DNA of 63,794 nt, counting the filler, from Octopus bimaculoides (Eukaryota): assembly GCF_001194135.2 (NCBI RefSeq). It is 6 parts of 5 records of this genome, joined end to end, with 100 filler letters (N's around TTAATTAATTAA, not from the genome) between each part and the next. Parts side by side here need not be neighbours in the genome. Positions count along the whole stretch, not along the records: positions 44,502 to 61,946 come from NC_068983.1; positions 62,047 to 63,794 come from NC_068983.1; 4 more parts are not named here. One strand, written 5' to 3'. The first letter of the stretch is position 1; every line of letters starts with the position of its first letter. The notes beneath the pieces are model-generated. The model did no database searches and was not told the DNA's origin. It saw only the letters and a list, made by a program, of their open reading frames with translations. Position numbers and translations under genes: made by a program. Positions 61,367 to 63,794 of this stretch are shown piece by piece.

Positions 61367-61905
61367 TATTTCCGTGGTGAAACTATTGTGACTTCTTGTA
61401 TTCTGGCAATGGACACTTCTGTTTGGTGAAAATTACATAAGTTTACATACATTTTTATTATCAAGTTCTAGTGAAAATGAATGTGATTTTTGTCCTCAGA
61501 ATGCAAAACTTCCTCAAAAAATTTGAAAATATTTGGGGGTCATTTCAGAAAATTTTAATTGTTGGAAAGAATTTATCAAGGTCAGAATGATATCTTTTAC
61601 TAGTATATGCACGTCAAATTACCCATACATACAATGCTATCATCGGTAGGCTCACAGAGTACTGTACAAAATGAATGAATTCATACGCTCTGATTATTTA
61701 AATTAACATTAGAACATTTCATGACCGATTGAAAACTTGCAATGTAGGTGTGCATTTTCTGCGTGTGCATGCATGAATGTATATTGTACACACAAAAGCA
61801 CACACACACACATGTATATATTTATATATATATATACATAATATACACATATAGTGACATATGCACATATCACAATACACATGTGTGTGTACATATACAT
61901 ACGTA

Positions 61906-61943
<38 letters not shown>

Positions 61944-62046
61944 AGANNNNNNNNNNNNNNNNNNNNNNNNNNNNNNNNNNNNNNNNNNNNTTAATTAATT
62001 AANNNNNNNNNNNNNNNNNNNNNNNNNNNNNNNNNNNNNNNNNNNN

Positions 62047-62116
62047 TCTTCTTCTTCTTCTTCTTCTTCTTCTTCTTCTTCTTCTTCTTCTTCTTCTTCT
62101 TCTTCTTCTTCTTCTT

Positions 62117-62188
<72 letters not shown>
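62047..62188. repeat. Compound (TTC)n(TTA)n microsatellite
   Basis: Direct reading; explains the poly-R/poly-I ORF. Confidence 0.97.
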
Positions 62189-63749
62189 GCAGTTTTTGCG
62201 TGTCTGAAGATCATGAGGAAAAGTGGCACACTTCCAAGTGGCTGTGTAAATCGATCCTTGATGCTGTGGGGTTTTACTTCCTGGAACCGCTTAGTTGTAT
62301 TCTAAAGTGACGGTCAGTTTGCGCAAACCGATCCCAATCTTTACACCAGGTCTATCCATAGTGGCTCAGCGGGATGAGACCCCTGCGGTATGAATGGATT
62401 TACACAGCTGGAGAGCTCCACTTACCATGAAATGGCCAGGAGGGAGTAAAAAGTAGAACTAAGGGGGTCTCACTTCTTGATCCTTTTCTTTTCACAAGGC
62501 ACTCACACGAAAGTGATATTTTGTACTTGGAGTTTATTCCATAACATGCCAGTTGACCCATAGTTAGGTCAGAGTAGACCAAAGAAGATGGTGATTAAGA
62601 GGTGGTGTCACACTTTCCAAAGTCCTGAAACTCAGGGTCCCACTTGTTTAAAGTCATACCCAAGACACAGGTAATATATTTAATATGGTAGTACGTAGAA
62701 GTGCGAACATTGAAGTTCGAGACAAAATCTATATTTAGTCAAAATTGAATTCGTGAATCAACTATCACTGTTAAACATAACTTACAAACTATGATAGGTA
62801 CAACACGAAATTTTTGTAACTAAATATTGAGAATCTAGATTTAAATCAGTTTTACTGAGTTGATGTAATGACTATTGATTGATAGATAATCACAAAATAT
62901 AGTAAATAGGTATTTTTATGAAAAATGTTATATGCAGATATGTGTTTATATTGTTGGTTTTTAAGTAAGCAAAATCATAATTGTAATTGTAAAGCAAACA
63001 TTTGAATCATAGATAGGCTTAGTAATTTCATTATATTGACTCTGATAATGTACTCGCCTGTTTAAACGAATGCAGCCAGTCTGAAGGAATAACAGATTTA
63101 TGCGGCTCTCATGACTCTACAGGAGAAAATAAAATCTAGATAAATATGAAGAACTTAATGAAGACTGGCATAAACTACTGTTCTCTTTTGCTTTAACTCT
63201 TTACATCGCTTCACTGATGCGTGTTAAAGTTAAGATGTGAGAACGGAATGTATGGATGACTGGTTAGATTATCGAAGAAATTCTGAAAATAATCCGAACA
63301 AGTAATGTATTATCCCGCGAGAGAAATTTATTTAAGTTAATGTCATTCGGCTGGCACTAACACTTATAAAATTGATATTACTATATAGCCATGAATTAGG
63401 TGTGGGCTGGACTTTATGCTAGAGGGGAGAAATACATCAGTAATTTTATGATGGAAGTGAGGTGGAAGGAGTCACTGTGAATAGTGACGGCCTGATCAAA
63501 TTAAAAGTTATTAAATTACCACAGTATGAAGTAAGGAAATGATTTTAATTAGAGACAATCATAAAAAAAGGTAGATATATGTATAGACAGGAAGAAGTGT
63601 ACAGAAATGTTTCCGGTTACTGTGTCTGATAAAAAAATCTTAGCATAAAAAGTAGTTCTCATTGTGATAATCGATATAACTTACACTCTTGCTAATTATT
63701 TATAACTAAAGCACTCACATACAGGTGTACAGGGGTGTATGTATGTGTT

Positions 63750-63794
<45 letters not shown>

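Overview
Eukaryotic, AT-rich, microsatellite-saturated draft scaffold with about 4 kb of N gaps. The SINE families look like those of Octopus (cephalopod); this is an inference from repeat content. I found no host protein-coding gene, rRNA, true tRNA gene or CRISPR array that I can support, and almost all ORFs in the track are translated microsatellites or gaps. The window is a mosaic of decayed mobile elements: tRNA-derived SINEs, R4/Dong- and NeSL-like RLE LINEs, Tx1/L1, an RTE, a CR1/Jockey-like LINE, a rearranged Neptune-type Penelope element, a Ty3/Gypsy gag-pol, mariners, a Chapaev3-like transposase and a hAT end. The most unusual structures are: (1) an ~8.4 kb CpG-saturated satellite built from 4-bp words, with higher-order monomers and two orientation flips (8050-16424); (2) an inverted pair of telomere-like TTAGGG/TTTTAGGG arrays with matching non-telomeric outer flanks (39802-40194); (3) a PHD-finger-like C4HC3 module inserted inside the RT domain of an RTE LINE whose 3' tail forms a tail-to-tail hairpin; (4) a compact E2F/YY1/NRF1/ETS motif cluster at 39056-39169. 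Coordinates of decayed elements are approximate and were read by eye.
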